Positions 40,101-49,138 of a stretch of 64,000 nt of DNA are shown piece after piece. The stretch is taken from assembly GCA_964344325.1 (NCBI GenBank), contig CAYFMX010000010.1, forward strand, positions 2,332 to 66,331, written 5' to 3'. The position numbers were made by a program, and so were the translations under genes. This DNA comes from an uncultured Piscirickettsiaceae bacterium. Its GTDB lineage: Bacteria > Pseudomonadota > Gammaproteobacteria > GCF-002020875. The stretch's first letter is position 1. Each line of letters opens with the position of its first letter. The notes under the pieces were generated by a model that saw nothing but the letters and a program-made list of their open reading frames with translations, had not been told where the DNA came from and did no database searches.

Positions 40101-40709
40101 GCAGGGTTTACGCTTGCAGTGCATGATATGGAAATTCGCGGCGCAGGCGAACTGCTTGGTGACGGGCAAAGCGGCCATATGCAAGAGATTGGGTTTGAAT
40201 TGTATTCAGAGATGCTTGACCAGGCAGTGAAAGATTTAAAATCGGGCAAAACACCAGAGCCATCGCTGGAAACTCAGGTCACCGAAGTCGATTTGGGCAT
40301 GCCTGCGCTGCTGCCAGAAGATTACTTACCCGACATCAATGCGCGGCTGGTGCTCTACAAACGCATCGCGGCGGCAAACAATGCGGATGAGCTACACGAA
40401 TTACAGGTCGAGATGATCGACCGTTTTGGATTGCTGCCCGATCCAACGAAAAACCTGATTCTCGCCACAGAAATCCGTCTGCAAGCTGCGCCATTAGGAA
40501 TTCGTAAAGTCGAGTTTGATGCAGATGGATTACAAATTGCTTTCAACGAAAAACCGGAAATCGATCCGCTCAAGCTGATCGAATTAATTCAAAAACAGCA
40601 CAAGGTTTTTCAGTTGAAAGGGCAGGATAAACTGCGGATGAACAAACCGGCGGAAACCGTTGAAGAACGGGTTGAGGCGTGGGAGAAATTGTTGGAGCAG
40701 TTGGTTTAG
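37155..40709 (+). CDS. mfd: transcription-repair coupling factor
   Basis: 1184 aa. UvrB-homology N-terminus, RNAP-interacting domain, SF2 helicase motifs (GDVGFGKTEVA, DEEHRFG), TRG motif. Confidence 0.95.
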   Translation: MEQTRQFKMSPSPISPLSPPALQSAQKKLRWGRLYGSAAGLALTHAAQQADGPTLVICRDSTTDAQLRESIAFYAAGTDLPVLHFPDQETLPYDKFSPHPDIISRRLEVMARLPTMGRGIVVVPAHTLMQRIAPPAYIHGHTFLLAAGEDLDREALLMRLERGGYHNVAQVMEHGEYALRGSIIDLFPMGAEQPYRIDLFDEEIETIRLFDPETQRTTEKVSEIRLFPAREFPMTEEAVKQFRQRYRAKFEGDPQQNPVYRDVSQGIAPAGIEYYLPLFFDNTNADNPNKTGTATLFDYLPDNAQLMLMEGIEASAEIFRQEVEERYETQQSLDALRRILEPDELFLRVDELFGQFKHFPRAELDTFEQDKNLAQQNLENGTNQAGQSNFATQKVPQLSMPPRSENPLQRVAKFLDEFEGRMLIVAESAGRREALLELFRGRKIHPKQAENWNTFIAGKKKLAITVAPLEAGLMMTEPEIVVLTEPQIFGEQVLQRRRRSGKRRGAISEDAVIHHLSELKIGDPVVHVDHGVGRYQGLQSIEAGGNTAEYLLLEYAKEDKLYVPVTALHLIGRYTGVEPDKAPVHRLGSDQWTKAKRKAAEKVRDVAAELLEIYAKRAAKTGHAITEPDLEYHQFSAQFPFEETPDQSDAIGAIIKDMESPQPMDRLICGDVGFGKTEVAMRAVFLAVQNGHQVAVLVPTTLLAQQHYENFTDRFADWPFKVEVLSRFKTKKETDDALKLLADGKIDIVIGTHKLIQPTIKFHHLGMVVIDEEHRFGVRQKDQFKALRAEVDVLTMTATPIPRTLNMSMSGLRDLSIIATPPTNRVAIKTFVREWDAGLIREACIREIHRGGQVYFLHNQVETIERMADDVRKLIPEATVEIAHGQMREQELERVMKDFYHRRFNILVCSTIIETGIDVPTANTIIMNRADRLGLAQLYQLRGRVGRSHHRAYAYLVIPSRKNITADAMKRLEAIESIEELGAGFTLAVHDMEIRGAGELLGDGQSGHMQEIGFELYSEMLDQAVKDLKSGKTPEPSLETQVTEVDLGMPALLPEDYLPDINARLVLYKRIAAANNADELHELQVEMIDRFGLLPDPTKNLILATEIRLQAAPLGIRKVEFDADGLQIAFNEKPEIDPLKLIELIQKQHKVFQLKGQDKLRMNKPAETVEERVEAWEKLLEQLV

Positions 40710-40808
40710 GAAGCCCCGTCACTCCCGCGTAAGCGGGAGTCTGGAAATCAGCATTGCAAACAAAACAGATTCCCGATTACAACATTCGAGAATAACAATG
40801 CCTAACCT

Positions 40809-41876
40809 CTACTTAAACGGCTGTGGCTTCGGCGTTGCCGGGTTGGACGGTGGCAAAATCGGCATCTCAAACTTCGGTTGCTCACCAGTCAACGTTTTCA
40901 AAAATGCAACAATTTTTGCATTCTCTTCTTTAGTAACCGGGCGATTTAACTGAACCTTCGCCATCACATCCACCGCCTCTTCCAGCGTTTGTATCGCACC
41001 ATCGTGGAAATACGGATAGGTCATCTCCACATTCCGCAATGTTGGTACTTTAAATTTATACAGATCCGCTTTTTTGCCTGTTACCCCTTCACGCCCAGTT
41101 GCAGGATTATTGGTTTTGTATGGCTTCGCCAATCCCATCTTCTGATAGGAGTTTCCACCCACTGCCGCGCCATTGTGACAATTAACACACCCTTTCGACT
41201 TGAAGAGTTGGTAGCCTTCATATTCGGTGGTCGTCAGCACATTCGGTTCGCCATCCAACCAACGGTCGAAACGGGAATTCGGCGTCACCAAAGTCTCTTC
41301 AAACGCCGCAATCGCCTCTGTCACTCGATCAATGTTGATCTGATTCGTGCCAAACACACTCTGGAATTCACGCACATAACCCGGCATTGACTGCAAAATT
41401 TCCACTGCCAGTTTATGCGTGGAACCCATCTCACCCGGATTAGCGATCGGACCACCCGCCTGCTCTTTCAAATCTTTTGCACGCCCATCCCAGAATTGCG
41501 CGAGGTTATAGCTGGAATTCAACACCGTCGGCGCGTTGATTGGCCCTTGATGCCAGCCATGCCCGATGGAAGTCGGCAGATTGTCTGTGCCGCCCATACT
41601 CAAATTGTGACACGAGTTACAAGAGATAAATCCGGATTTGGAAAGGCGCGGATCAAAATAGAGCTTCTTGCCCAGCTCCACCTTCGCCAAATTGACCGTT
41701 TTCGGCTCACGAACTGGCTGGATTGGCTCCTTCTTCAACGCAGTAAACTTCACCGGCTGATATTCGCCGGTTGTCCACGGCGCAATCGGTTGAGTCATCG
41801 CCATCGCGGATGCCGTCACCGTCCCCAAAGCCAACGCCATCGCGCTTTTGATGATGGTCTGTTTGAACCTGTTCAT
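40809..41876 (-). CDS. dihaem cytochrome c peroxidase (CcpA/MauG family)
   Basis: Signal peptide. Two CxxCH haem motifs (CNSCHNL, CVNCHNG). Conserved GEMG/W region. Confidence 0.85.
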   Translation of the reverse strand: MNRFKQTIIKSAMALALGTVTASAMAMTQPIAPWTTGEYQPVKFTALKKEPIQPVREPKTVNLAKVELGKKLYFDPRLSKSGFISCNSCHNLSMGGTDNLPTSIGHGWHQGPINAPTVLNSSYNLAQFWDGRAKDLKEQAGGPIANPGEMGSTHKLAVEILQSMPGYVREFQSVFGTNQINIDRVTEAIAAFEETLVTPNSRFDRWLDGEPNVLTTTEYEGYQLFKSKGCVNCHNGAAVGGNSYQKMGLAKPYKTNNPATGREGVTGKKADLYKFKVPTLRNVEMTYPYFHDGAIQTLEEAVDVMAKVQLNRPVTKEENAKIVAFLKTLTGEQPKFEMPILPPSNPATPKPQPFK

Positions 41877-41894
41877 CGTATTCTTTCTCCCAAA

Positions 41895-42395
41895 CTATTT
41901 CTTCAATTTTTCCTGCAATTTCGCGTCTGCTGCCTGCACGTTCCGCGCATTTTCTTCGCGTTCTGCTTTCAGACGTGCCGCCAGATCAGCATCCGCAGTG
42001 GAAAGAATTTGCGCTGCCAGATAGGCTGCATTTTTTGCACCCGGTTTACCAATCGCAACCGTCGCCACTGGAATCCCGCCCGGCATCTGCACGGTAGAAA
42101 GCAAGGAATCCATCCCTTCCAACGCGCCATTCATCGGCACGCCAATCACCGGTTTAACCGTTGCTGCCGCCACTGCGCCTGCCAGATGCGCTGCCAGACC
42201 TGCCGCCGCAATAAATGCGCCACAACCACGCTCGTCAGCGGTTTTCACATATTCATGGGTAATTTGCGGCGTGCGGTGCGCGGAGGTGATTTTCACCTCA
42301 TACGGCACTTGCAGTTTTTCCAGCGTATCCAGACACGCCTGCATGGTTGGCAAATCAGAATCAGAACCCATCAATACCGCTACAAAATGTCCCAT
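41895..42395 (-). CDS. purE: 5-(carboxyamino)imidazole ribonucleotide mutase
   Basis: VAVLMGSDSDLPTMQ...AHRTP...AGLAAHL motifs. 166 aa. Confidence 0.9.
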   Translation of the reverse strand: MGHFVAVLMGSDSDLPTMQACLDTLEKLQVPYEVKITSAHRTPQITHEYVKTADERGCGAFIAAAGLAAHLAGAVAAATVKPVIGVPMNGALEGMDSLLSTVQMPGGIPVATVAIGKPGAKNAAYLAAQILSTADADLAARLKAEREENARNVQAADAKLQEKLKK

Positions 42396-42450
42396 TTTAT
42401 ATTCTCCTAAAAAATAGTGATCAAAAAATCTCTACAACAAAAAGGTCAAA

Positions 42451-42993
42451 TTATATCTTAAATAAAACCCTCATTAAAAACCCGACACCTGTATCAATAA
42501 GGTTACTTAAAATTGAAGAACCAACCAAACCTACAAGCTGGTTATCACGTGGTGCCACATATTTATCCTCAATAGATTTCCACGAAACATTATCCTCAAT
42601 CATTTTCAATAGATTAATATGGTTAGTTTCAAACCGAACATATCCAAATGAAGGAACAGTAGATTTTACCCAATTATAATATGGCGTATTCGGATTATCA
42701 TCCTCAACATAAAAAAATACATTATTTATCTCCAAATAATATGCAGGATCTAATTCATCATCAACCAAGTCTTCTACCCAAAACAGTGAGCTTATGATCT
42801 TACTATTCCAATAAAGCATATAATCTGAAATATATTGACTACGTACAACATTTCCTTTCTTTCCATCAAATGTTACTAACTTTATTCCTATTTTAGGTTC
42901 AGGAATTTCAACCCTCCATTCGTCCTTATAATCTCCCATAAAATTCGGCTTAACAAGCATCAGTACGGTTTTCAGCCCATCTTTTATAAACAT
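42451..42993 (-). CDS. hypothetical protein (AT-rich islet gene 2)
   Basis: 180-aa ORF, no recognisable domain, very AT-rich relative to flanks. Overlaps the upstream secreted-protein gene by 10 bp. Confidence 0.4.
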   Translation of the reverse strand: MFIKDGLKTVLMLVKPNFMGDYKDEWRVEIPEPKIGIKLVTFDGKKGNVVRSQYISDYMLYWNSKIISSLFWVEDLVDDELDPAYYLEINNVFFYVEDDNPNTPYYNWVKSTVPSFGYVRFETNHINLLKMIEDNVSWKSIEDKYVAPRDNQLVGLVGSSILSNLIDTGVGFLMRVLFKI

Positions 42994-43352
42994 TTCATAA
43001 GCTTACGCCTATAATCCTCAACTGTCTCTACACTCAAATCAGAACGACCTATCTGCCAATAATCTAATGCAGCATCTAGTAATTCTTGGGTTATTACTAT
43101 AAATGAAAGGATAACATTCTGATGGTCAGAGCTTGACCAACTAGTATCTGAAACCCAGCTTGTATCATCATTTGCGTATGAAGACTTTACTATACAAACT
43201 TGAGTATTAAGTGCAACTTGGTTTCTGAAAACCTTACGAAATTCAACTTGATTATCTATCTTCCCTTCAGCCACCAAAAAACTTGGACTGCCGATCCCCA
43301 TCATGAAAACAACGACTATTAATAATTTAATGTCTATTTTCATAAAAAACAC
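42984..43352 (-). CDS. hypothetical secreted protein (AT-rich islet gene 1)
   Basis: 122 aa with N-terminal signal peptide (MKIDIKLLIVVVFMMGIGSPSFLVA/EG), no recognisable domain. Confidence 0.4.
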   Translation of the reverse strand: MFFMKIDIKLLIVVVFMMGIGSPSFLVAEGKIDNQVEFRKVFRNQVALNTQVCIVKSSYANDDTSWVSDTSWSSSDHQNVILSFIVITQELLDAALDYWQIGRSDLSVETVEDYRRKLMKCL

Positions 43353-43588
43353 TCTCGTAGATCAAACAACAGTAAAACTCAACACCTTCAAGATAGAAAT
43401 AAAAAATCAAGTAAAATTAAGAGCTATAAAATAGAAAAGAATTTCTCAAAGAACTAGAGCCAATACTAAAAACTCTATTATATTTTGCAAATAAAAAGGA
43501 TTTTACTACTGGTAATAGTAAACAATACCTCTATTTTTTCCCATTAAGGTAAAGCAATAGAGGGTATTGTACTGATGATTCTAGCCTA

Positions 43589-46243
43589 CTACGCTTTTTT
43601 CTTTGTTGTTGCGCGTTTTTTAGTGGTTGATTTTTTCGTTGCAGACTTTTTGGTCGCCGTCTTTTTTGTTGCAGCTTTTTTCGTGGTCGATCTCTTCGTT
43701 GTCGCTTTGCGTTTCTCCGACGCACGAATCGCCGCCGCACCTTGTGCAGCAATCAGCCGGATTGATTTTCCTTGTTCTGCCAACGTATCCGCAATTTCCG
43801 TCGCCAGTTTCAACTTGTTCTCTTTAACCTGCAACGTCGCATCCGGCGCACCTTTACTGTCTTTCAACAACGAAAATCCACCACCGTAAAACTGTTTGGA
43901 GAGACGTTTTTTCTCTTTCTCGGTTTTCTCCAACAACGCCTCGCATTCTGCAAGTGTCAACGTATCTGGTTCACGATCTTTCGGCGGTTTCGCATTTTTG
44001 AAACCGTTGGTAATGAAAGGCCCCCAACGCCCATCCAAAACTTGCACCGGCGAATTTTCAAACAACGCAATCTCTTTTTCCCGATCATCGTTGCGTTTCT
44101 TGTCGATGAACGGCAATACCTCTTCCAGCGAAATCGTATGCGGGTCTTCCGGCTCAATGGAGACATTTTGTGCCACCAGCGTAATTCCTTTGACTGTTTT
44201 CTCATCCAGACTATCGAGATAATCGCGCACCGCCTCATCAACAAACGCTGCGTATGGCCCGAACCGCCCGGTATTGACCATCACCGCCAAACCGTCCTGC
44301 GTGGTTCCCAACTGGCGCGGCAATTCAAACAGCGGCAACACCTCTTCCAACGTGACAGAGTCCATCCGTTGGTCGGGACGTAACCCGGCGAATTGCGGTT
44401 TTTCCTCATCGTCACGCGTGCCGATTTGCGCATACGGGCCATACCGACCAATTTTTACGCTGACTGGACGACCTGTTTTCGGATCATCGCCCAACACACG
44501 CGTCTGCGACGCCTCTTCGCGGGAAATATCGGCTGCCCCTTCCACTTTTTCGTGGAACGGCGCGTAAAACTCTTCCAACATTTCGCGCCAATCCAGCTCC
44601 CCGGCAGCGATTTGGTCGAATTCCGATTCCACCCGCGCCGTAAAATTGTAATCCACCACATCGGAGAAAAACTTGACCAGAAAGTCGTTGACCACGCCAG
44701 CTACATCTTGCGGAACCAGCTTGCCTTTGTCAGAACCAGTCATTTCACTGCGATCTTCGCGGGCAATTCCCCCCTCCCGCAACGCCAGAATACGCACCAC
44801 ACGCGGCTCACCCTCGCGCTCTCCTTTCGCTACATAACCACGATTCTGGATCGTCGAAATCGTCGGCGCATAAGTCGATGGACGACCAATCCCCAACTCT
44901 TCAAGCTTTTTAACCAGACTCGCCTCGGTGTACCGCGCTGGCGGACGGGTGAAGGACTCCTGCGCCTGCATTTCCAGCAATTGCAACGCCTCGCCCTCTT
45001 TCATCGCTGGAAGCCGTTTCTCTTCCTTGCTGCTCTCCGCGTAGACTTTGAGGAAACCTTCAAAGGTAAGCACTTCGCCTTTTGCGATCAGATTTTCATC
45101 AACAGTAGAGACGCCAATCGTCGCCGTGGTGCGTTCAAACCGTGCGTCCGCCATCTGTGATGCAATTGTTCGCTGCCAAATCAAGTGATAAAGCCGCTGC
45201 TCATTCTTTTCACCAGCAACTTCAGCGCGGCTTAAATCGGTTGGGCGAATCGCCTCGTGCGCTTCTTGCGCGCCTGCCGATTTGGTTTTGTACTGGCGGC
45301 GTTGCCAAAATTCTTCGCCCAGCGACTGTTTGATCCAGTTTTCCGCCTCCCCCAATGCCTGACCTGACAAATTGACCGAATCAGTACGCATATAGGTAAT
45401 TTTTCCCGATTCGTATAAACGCTGCGCTACCATCATCGTCTGCCGTACCGAAAAACCCAGCCGTTGCGACGCCTCCTGCTGCAAGGTTGACGTCGTAAAT
45501 GGTGCACGCGGGGAACGTTTTGCCGGTTTTTGCTCAATTGTCTGAACCGTGAAATCCGCACCATCCATCTTCTCCAGAAACTGTTGTGCCGCCTCTAGAT
45601 TTTCACGCTCTTTTGGCAAAACCGCATTGACAGTCGCGCTGCCTGCGGTTTCCAGTTGTGCGCTCACTTTGAACGAAGAAACTGCCTCAAACGCATCAAT
45701 TTCGCGTTCCCGCTCCACAATCAACCGCACCGCAACCGACTGCACACGCCCGGCAGACAAACCGGTCTGAATTTTGCGCCACAACACCGGAGACAATTCA
45801 AATCCGACCAGTCGATCCAGAATTCGTCGCGCCTGTTGCCCATCAACCAAATCGCGGTTGATTCGACGCGGGGTTTCAATTGCATTCAAAATCGCAGTTT
45901 TGGTAATTTCGTGAAAAACAATACGCTGACTGTTTTCTGGCGTTAATCCCAGCACCTGCTCCAAATGCCATGCAATCGCCTCTCCTTCGCGGTCCTCATC
46001 CGATGCCAGCCAGACCATTTCGGCCTTTTTTGCCGCCCGTTTCAATTCATTGATGACACGGGTTTTATCTTCCGTCACTTCGTAGGTCGGCTCAAATCGT
46101 TTCTCAATCTCGACACCCATCCCTTTTTTGGGCAGGTCGCGCACATGCCCGTAGCTGGACATGACGGTGAAATCTTTCCCCAAAAACTTCTCAATCGTCT
46201 TGGCTTTCGCCGGGGATTCCACAATAACGAGATTTTTGCTCAC
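43589..46243 (-). CDS. topA: DNA topoisomerase I with C-terminal Lys/Thr-rich repeat tail
   Basis: TOPRIM start NLVIVESPAKAKTIEKFLG (likely GTG start at 46243 inside the listed ORF), zinc-ribbon region, terminal KRSTTKKAATKKTATKKSATKK tail. Confidence 0.9.
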   Translation of the reverse strand: MSKNLVIVESPAKAKTIEKFLGKDFTVMSSYGHVRDLPKKGMGVEIEKRFEPTYEVTEDKTRVINELKRAAKKAEMVWLASDEDREGEAIAWHLEQVLGLTPENSQRIVFHEITKTAILNAIETPRRINRDLVDGQQARRILDRLVGFELSPVLWRKIQTGLSAGRVQSVAVRLIVEREREIDAFEAVSSFKVSAQLETAGSATVNAVLPKERENLEAAQQFLEKMDGADFTVQTIEQKPAKRSPRAPFTTSTLQQEASQRLGFSVRQTMMVAQRLYESGKITYMRTDSVNLSGQALGEAENWIKQSLGEEFWQRRQYKTKSAGAQEAHEAIRPTDLSRAEVAGEKNEQRLYHLIWQRTIASQMADARFERTTATIGVSTVDENLIAKGEVLTFEGFLKVYAESSKEEKRLPAMKEGEALQLLEMQAQESFTRPPARYTEASLVKKLEELGIGRPSTYAPTISTIQNRGYVAKGEREGEPRVVRILALREGGIAREDRSEMTGSDKGKLVPQDVAGVVNDFLVKFFSDVVDYNFTARVESEFDQIAAGELDWREMLEEFYAPFHEKVEGAADISREEASQTRVLGDDPKTGRPVSVKIGRYGPYAQIGTRDDEEKPQFAGLRPDQRMDSVTLEEVLPLFELPRQLGTTQDGLAVMVNTGRFGPYAAFVDEAVRDYLDSLDEKTVKGITLVAQNVSIEPEDPHTISLEEVLPFIDKKRNDDREKEIALFENSPVQVLDGRWGPFITNGFKNAKPPKDREPDTLTLAECEALLEKTEKEKKRLSKQFYGGGFSLLKDSKGAPDATLQVKENKLKLATEIADTLAEQGKSIRLIAAQGAAAIRASEKRKATTKRSTTKKAATKKTATKKSATKKSTTKKRATTKKKA

Positions 46244-46421
46244 AATGGATGCCTTCAAAAAATTTTGAACAATAATTGAGTTGCGGTTGCTGATCGGTTC
46301 CAAAAAAAACCCGCTGCTTGAGCGGGCGACCCTCCCGGGGTGCGGAAGGATGGAGGAAACTTGCTTTCCCGTCAATCTACTTCCGTTTTTTCAACATTTT
46401 TTCAGTTGAGCATAACCGAAT

Positions 46422-47588
46422 TTAACGCAACCGGGAGACCCGCCCTCCCGCCACATTGGCAACCCATCCTTCAATTTCCAGTTTCAAAATCATGGAAGAA
46501 ACTTCCGCGCTCGTCAATCCACTTCGATCAATCAGGTCATCCACCAACATTGGATCAAAACCCAAAATTTCCAGTAGCTTCCGTTCTTTTGGATCAGCAA
46601 TATCCGCAGAAATTGGTTGTGCCTCGACGGCCACTTGCGCGACTTGCTCGGTCAAAACGGATTGCTCATGCACGAGCGAAAGCATTCCACCCAGCTCTTC
46701 AATAATGTCTTCCGCCGTCTCGACCAGCTTTGCCCCTTCGCGGATCAGTTTGTGGCAACCTCGCGCCAATGGATTATGGATTGAACCGGGAATTGCAAAT
46801 ACTTCGCGCCCTTGCTCCAACGCCATCCGTGCGGTGATCAGTGAACCACTCTTGCGTGCTGCCTGCACCACCAACGTTCCCAATGCCAAACCGCTGATGA
46901 TGCGATTGCGACGCGGAAAATGTTCCGCACGCGGCTGTGTGCCAACTGGAAATTCGGAAACAATTGCGCCCTGTTCGGCAATTTGATGCGCCAAAACGCG
47001 GTTTTTCGCTGGATAAACGCGGTCTGGCCCCGTCCCCACTACCGCGACAGTTTTGCCACTCTCCAATGCGCCCTGATGCGCTTCGGTATCGATCCCCAAT
47101 GCCATACCACTGGTGACAACCAATCCAGCACGTGCAAGCTCTCGCGCAAAGCTGTGGGTCATCTCCTTGCCAGACAAATCGGAATTACGGCTGCCGACAA
47201 TCGCCACTTGCGGCATTGACAAAATTTTTGGATCACCGCGCACAAATAATACGGGCGGCGGATCAGGAATTTCTTTGAGCAATTCTGGATAATCGGTGCT
47301 TTCCCACGTCAACACATGGGTATTTTCCTGTTCTAGCCACTCCAGATCGTCTTTAATCTCCGTTTCTTTAACAGAATCCAGAAACTTCAGCGCACGATTT
47401 TGGAACACGCCACTAGAACGGCGCATTGCCGATGAAGCGGACAACACCTCCTGTGGGGAACCAAATTGCTCCAACGCATTGCGGAAGGTGATTGGTCCCA
47501 CCCCCGGCGCATGGAGCAATAGTAACCACGCCTTGATTGATTCTGAAACGGAAATATGATCAGACAAATCCAAATTCCTTTCCTTCAT
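46422..47588 (-). CDS. dprA: DNA-processing protein DprA (Smf)
   Basis: Rossmann-like DprA core (AIVGSRNSDLSGKEMT...GMALGIDTEAHQGAL) plus C-terminal winged-helix region. Confidence 0.85.
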   Translation of the reverse strand: MKERNLDLSDHISVSESIKAWLLLLHAPGVGPITFRNALEQFGSPQEVLSASSAMRRSSGVFQNRALKFLDSVKETEIKDDLEWLEQENTHVLTWESTDYPELLKEIPDPPPVLFVRGDPKILSMPQVAIVGSRNSDLSGKEMTHSFARELARAGLVVTSGMALGIDTEAHQGALESGKTVAVVGTGPDRVYPAKNRVLAHQIAEQGAIVSEFPVGTQPRAEHFPRRNRIISGLALGTLVVQAARKSGSLITARMALEQGREVFAIPGSIHNPLARGCHKLIREGAKLVETAEDIIEELGGMLSLVHEQSVLTEQVAQVAVEAQPISADIADPKERKLLEILGFDPMLVDDLIDRSGLTSAEVSSMILKLEIEGWVANVAGGRVSRLR

Positions 47589-47693
47589 GAAAAAAATGGC
47601 AACCTATACAAAATTCTATCTACACTGCAATTTCTGTATCCGATAAAATATCCTGAAAATAAAAATCTGCACTGTAACGTCGAGGGAAAAACA

Positions 47694-48806
47694 ATGATGA
47701 AAGCCATCGCATATATTTTCAGTATGGCAATATTTCCCTGTTTTCTAGCCACCCATACATTCGCTGATTCAGCTCAAACTGAAGCTGCAAAATCCAACCA
47801 TTCTGCAACACCAACATTCATTGAAACCGGTGAGCATTCTACTGATCTGACAAAACCAGCTTTTGTTCAAATTGGTACAGATTCCGTCTCTAAAATAGAA
47901 CAAAATCTTGTCATCACAGAAGGGGGCTTCACATCTGTAGCAGAGCAAATCGCTACCCCCCAATCAGCGAATCAAACGACCCTGCCTGATATACCGAAAC
48001 CTACTATTCAACCCAGCACACATAAATCTCAAAACAATTCCAGCCAACAGAAAACTCGCCAAAAACAGGAAAAACCTGTAAAAACCAAACCATCAAAATC
48101 ACAGGAACAGAAATCTTTAAAAAAAACACAACAGAAAAATCAGACACAATCAACTGAAAAAAAATCACATCAAAACACAAATCAGAAACAAAAAAAAATA
48201 AAACCAGACACTCAAGAAAAAACACCAACTAAAACCAAAACATCGCCAAAAACAGAACCACAACAAAAGAAGAAAAAACAAGAAAAAGAAAAACCAAAAA
48301 AAATAGAAAAAAAGAAAACAGAGAAAAAAACAGCAACAGAAAATTCAACACCAACGGAAGATCAGCCAAAAGAAACTATACAGCCATTTAATATTGAACA
48401 AAGTGTAATCAAAGTAGCACTATGGGAGGGTGCTTCCCCAAAAGAGGCAGAAAAATTAATACTTTCCAAAGGGGTAGATATCGATCTGACACTTGCCAGC
48501 CGTCAACGTATCTCTGAATCATTACGTAAGCATGATATAAAAAATCCACATTATTTTGAAATTTTTCAGTTTTGTACTCCAGAAGAGATACGAAAAATCG
48601 TTGATGTTGATATCATCTATTCAGTTTATATGCCATGCCAGATTTCTCTGGTAGAAGATAACAAAGGAAGACTCTGGCTCATTACTTTAAATCTCGATAT
48701 TGTTATCCAAGATCGTCCATTGCCATCGGATATTTTTCAAATTCTAATTAAAACTAACAAAAAATTAATGACGATTATGTCTGCTGCCGCGACTGGAAAA
48801 TTCTGA
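47694..48806 (+). CDS. secreted DUF302-domain protein with long Lys/Gln/Thr-rich low-complexity linker
   Basis: Start MMKAIAY with GAGGGA Shine-Dalgarno sequence inside the listed ORF. Signal peptide. About 120-aa K/Q/T-rich region. C-terminal DUF302-like core (FEIFQFCTPEE...YMPCQISLVEDNKGRLWL). Confidence 0.55.
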   Translation: MMKAIAYIFSMAIFPCFLATHTFADSAQTEAAKSNHSATPTFIETGEHSTDLTKPAFVQIGTDSVSKIEQNLVITEGGFTSVAEQIATPQSANQTTLPDIPKPTIQPSTHKSQNNSSQQKTRQKQEKPVKTKPSKSQEQKSLKKTQQKNQTQSTEKKSHQNTNQKQKKIKPDTQEKTPTKTKTSPKTEPQQKKKKQEKEKPKKIEKKKTEKKTATENSTPTEDQPKETIQPFNIEQSVIKVALWEGASPKEAEKLILSKGVDIDLTLASRQRISESLRKHDIKNPHYFEIFQFCTPEEIRKIVDVDIIYSVYMPCQISLVEDNKGRLWLITLNLDIVIQDRPLPSDIFQILIKTNKKLMTIMSAAATGKF

Positions 48807-48908
48807 TGCACGTAATGTACACCACCTAAACTGAAACTGAACGGAGTAATGTGCTACGCAGTTTAGGTAGAAGCTCGGACAAAGATACTCAGTTTATTGC
48901 TAGATTTT

Positions 48909-49136
48909 TCAGATTCTCCAGAATTTTTTGGGGTTTCCCTTGGTTTTACCGTCCTTTTTTACCGCTTTTTTCGGATGATCATCAAGCAGAAATTCGTCCT
49001 CATCCTCCATCAAAATCCGGTTCGCATCCCCTTCCAGATCATCATATTGCCCTTTACGAATCGCAAAAATCAGCACAACGACCGAAATAATCCCCAAAAA
49101 CAGCATGCCCGGAATCAATGTATAAATCACTTCCAT
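48909..49136 (-). CDS. ccoS: cbb3-type cytochrome oxidase assembly protein CcoS/FixS
   Basis: Single TM helix then GQYDDLEGDANRIL, the characteristic FixS motif. Follows ccoI. Confidence 0.8.
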   Translation of the reverse strand: MEVIYTLIPGMLFLGIISVVVLIFAIRKGQYDDLEGDANRILMEDEDEFLLDDHPKKAVKKDGKTKGNPKKFWRI

Positions 49137-49138
49137 CG

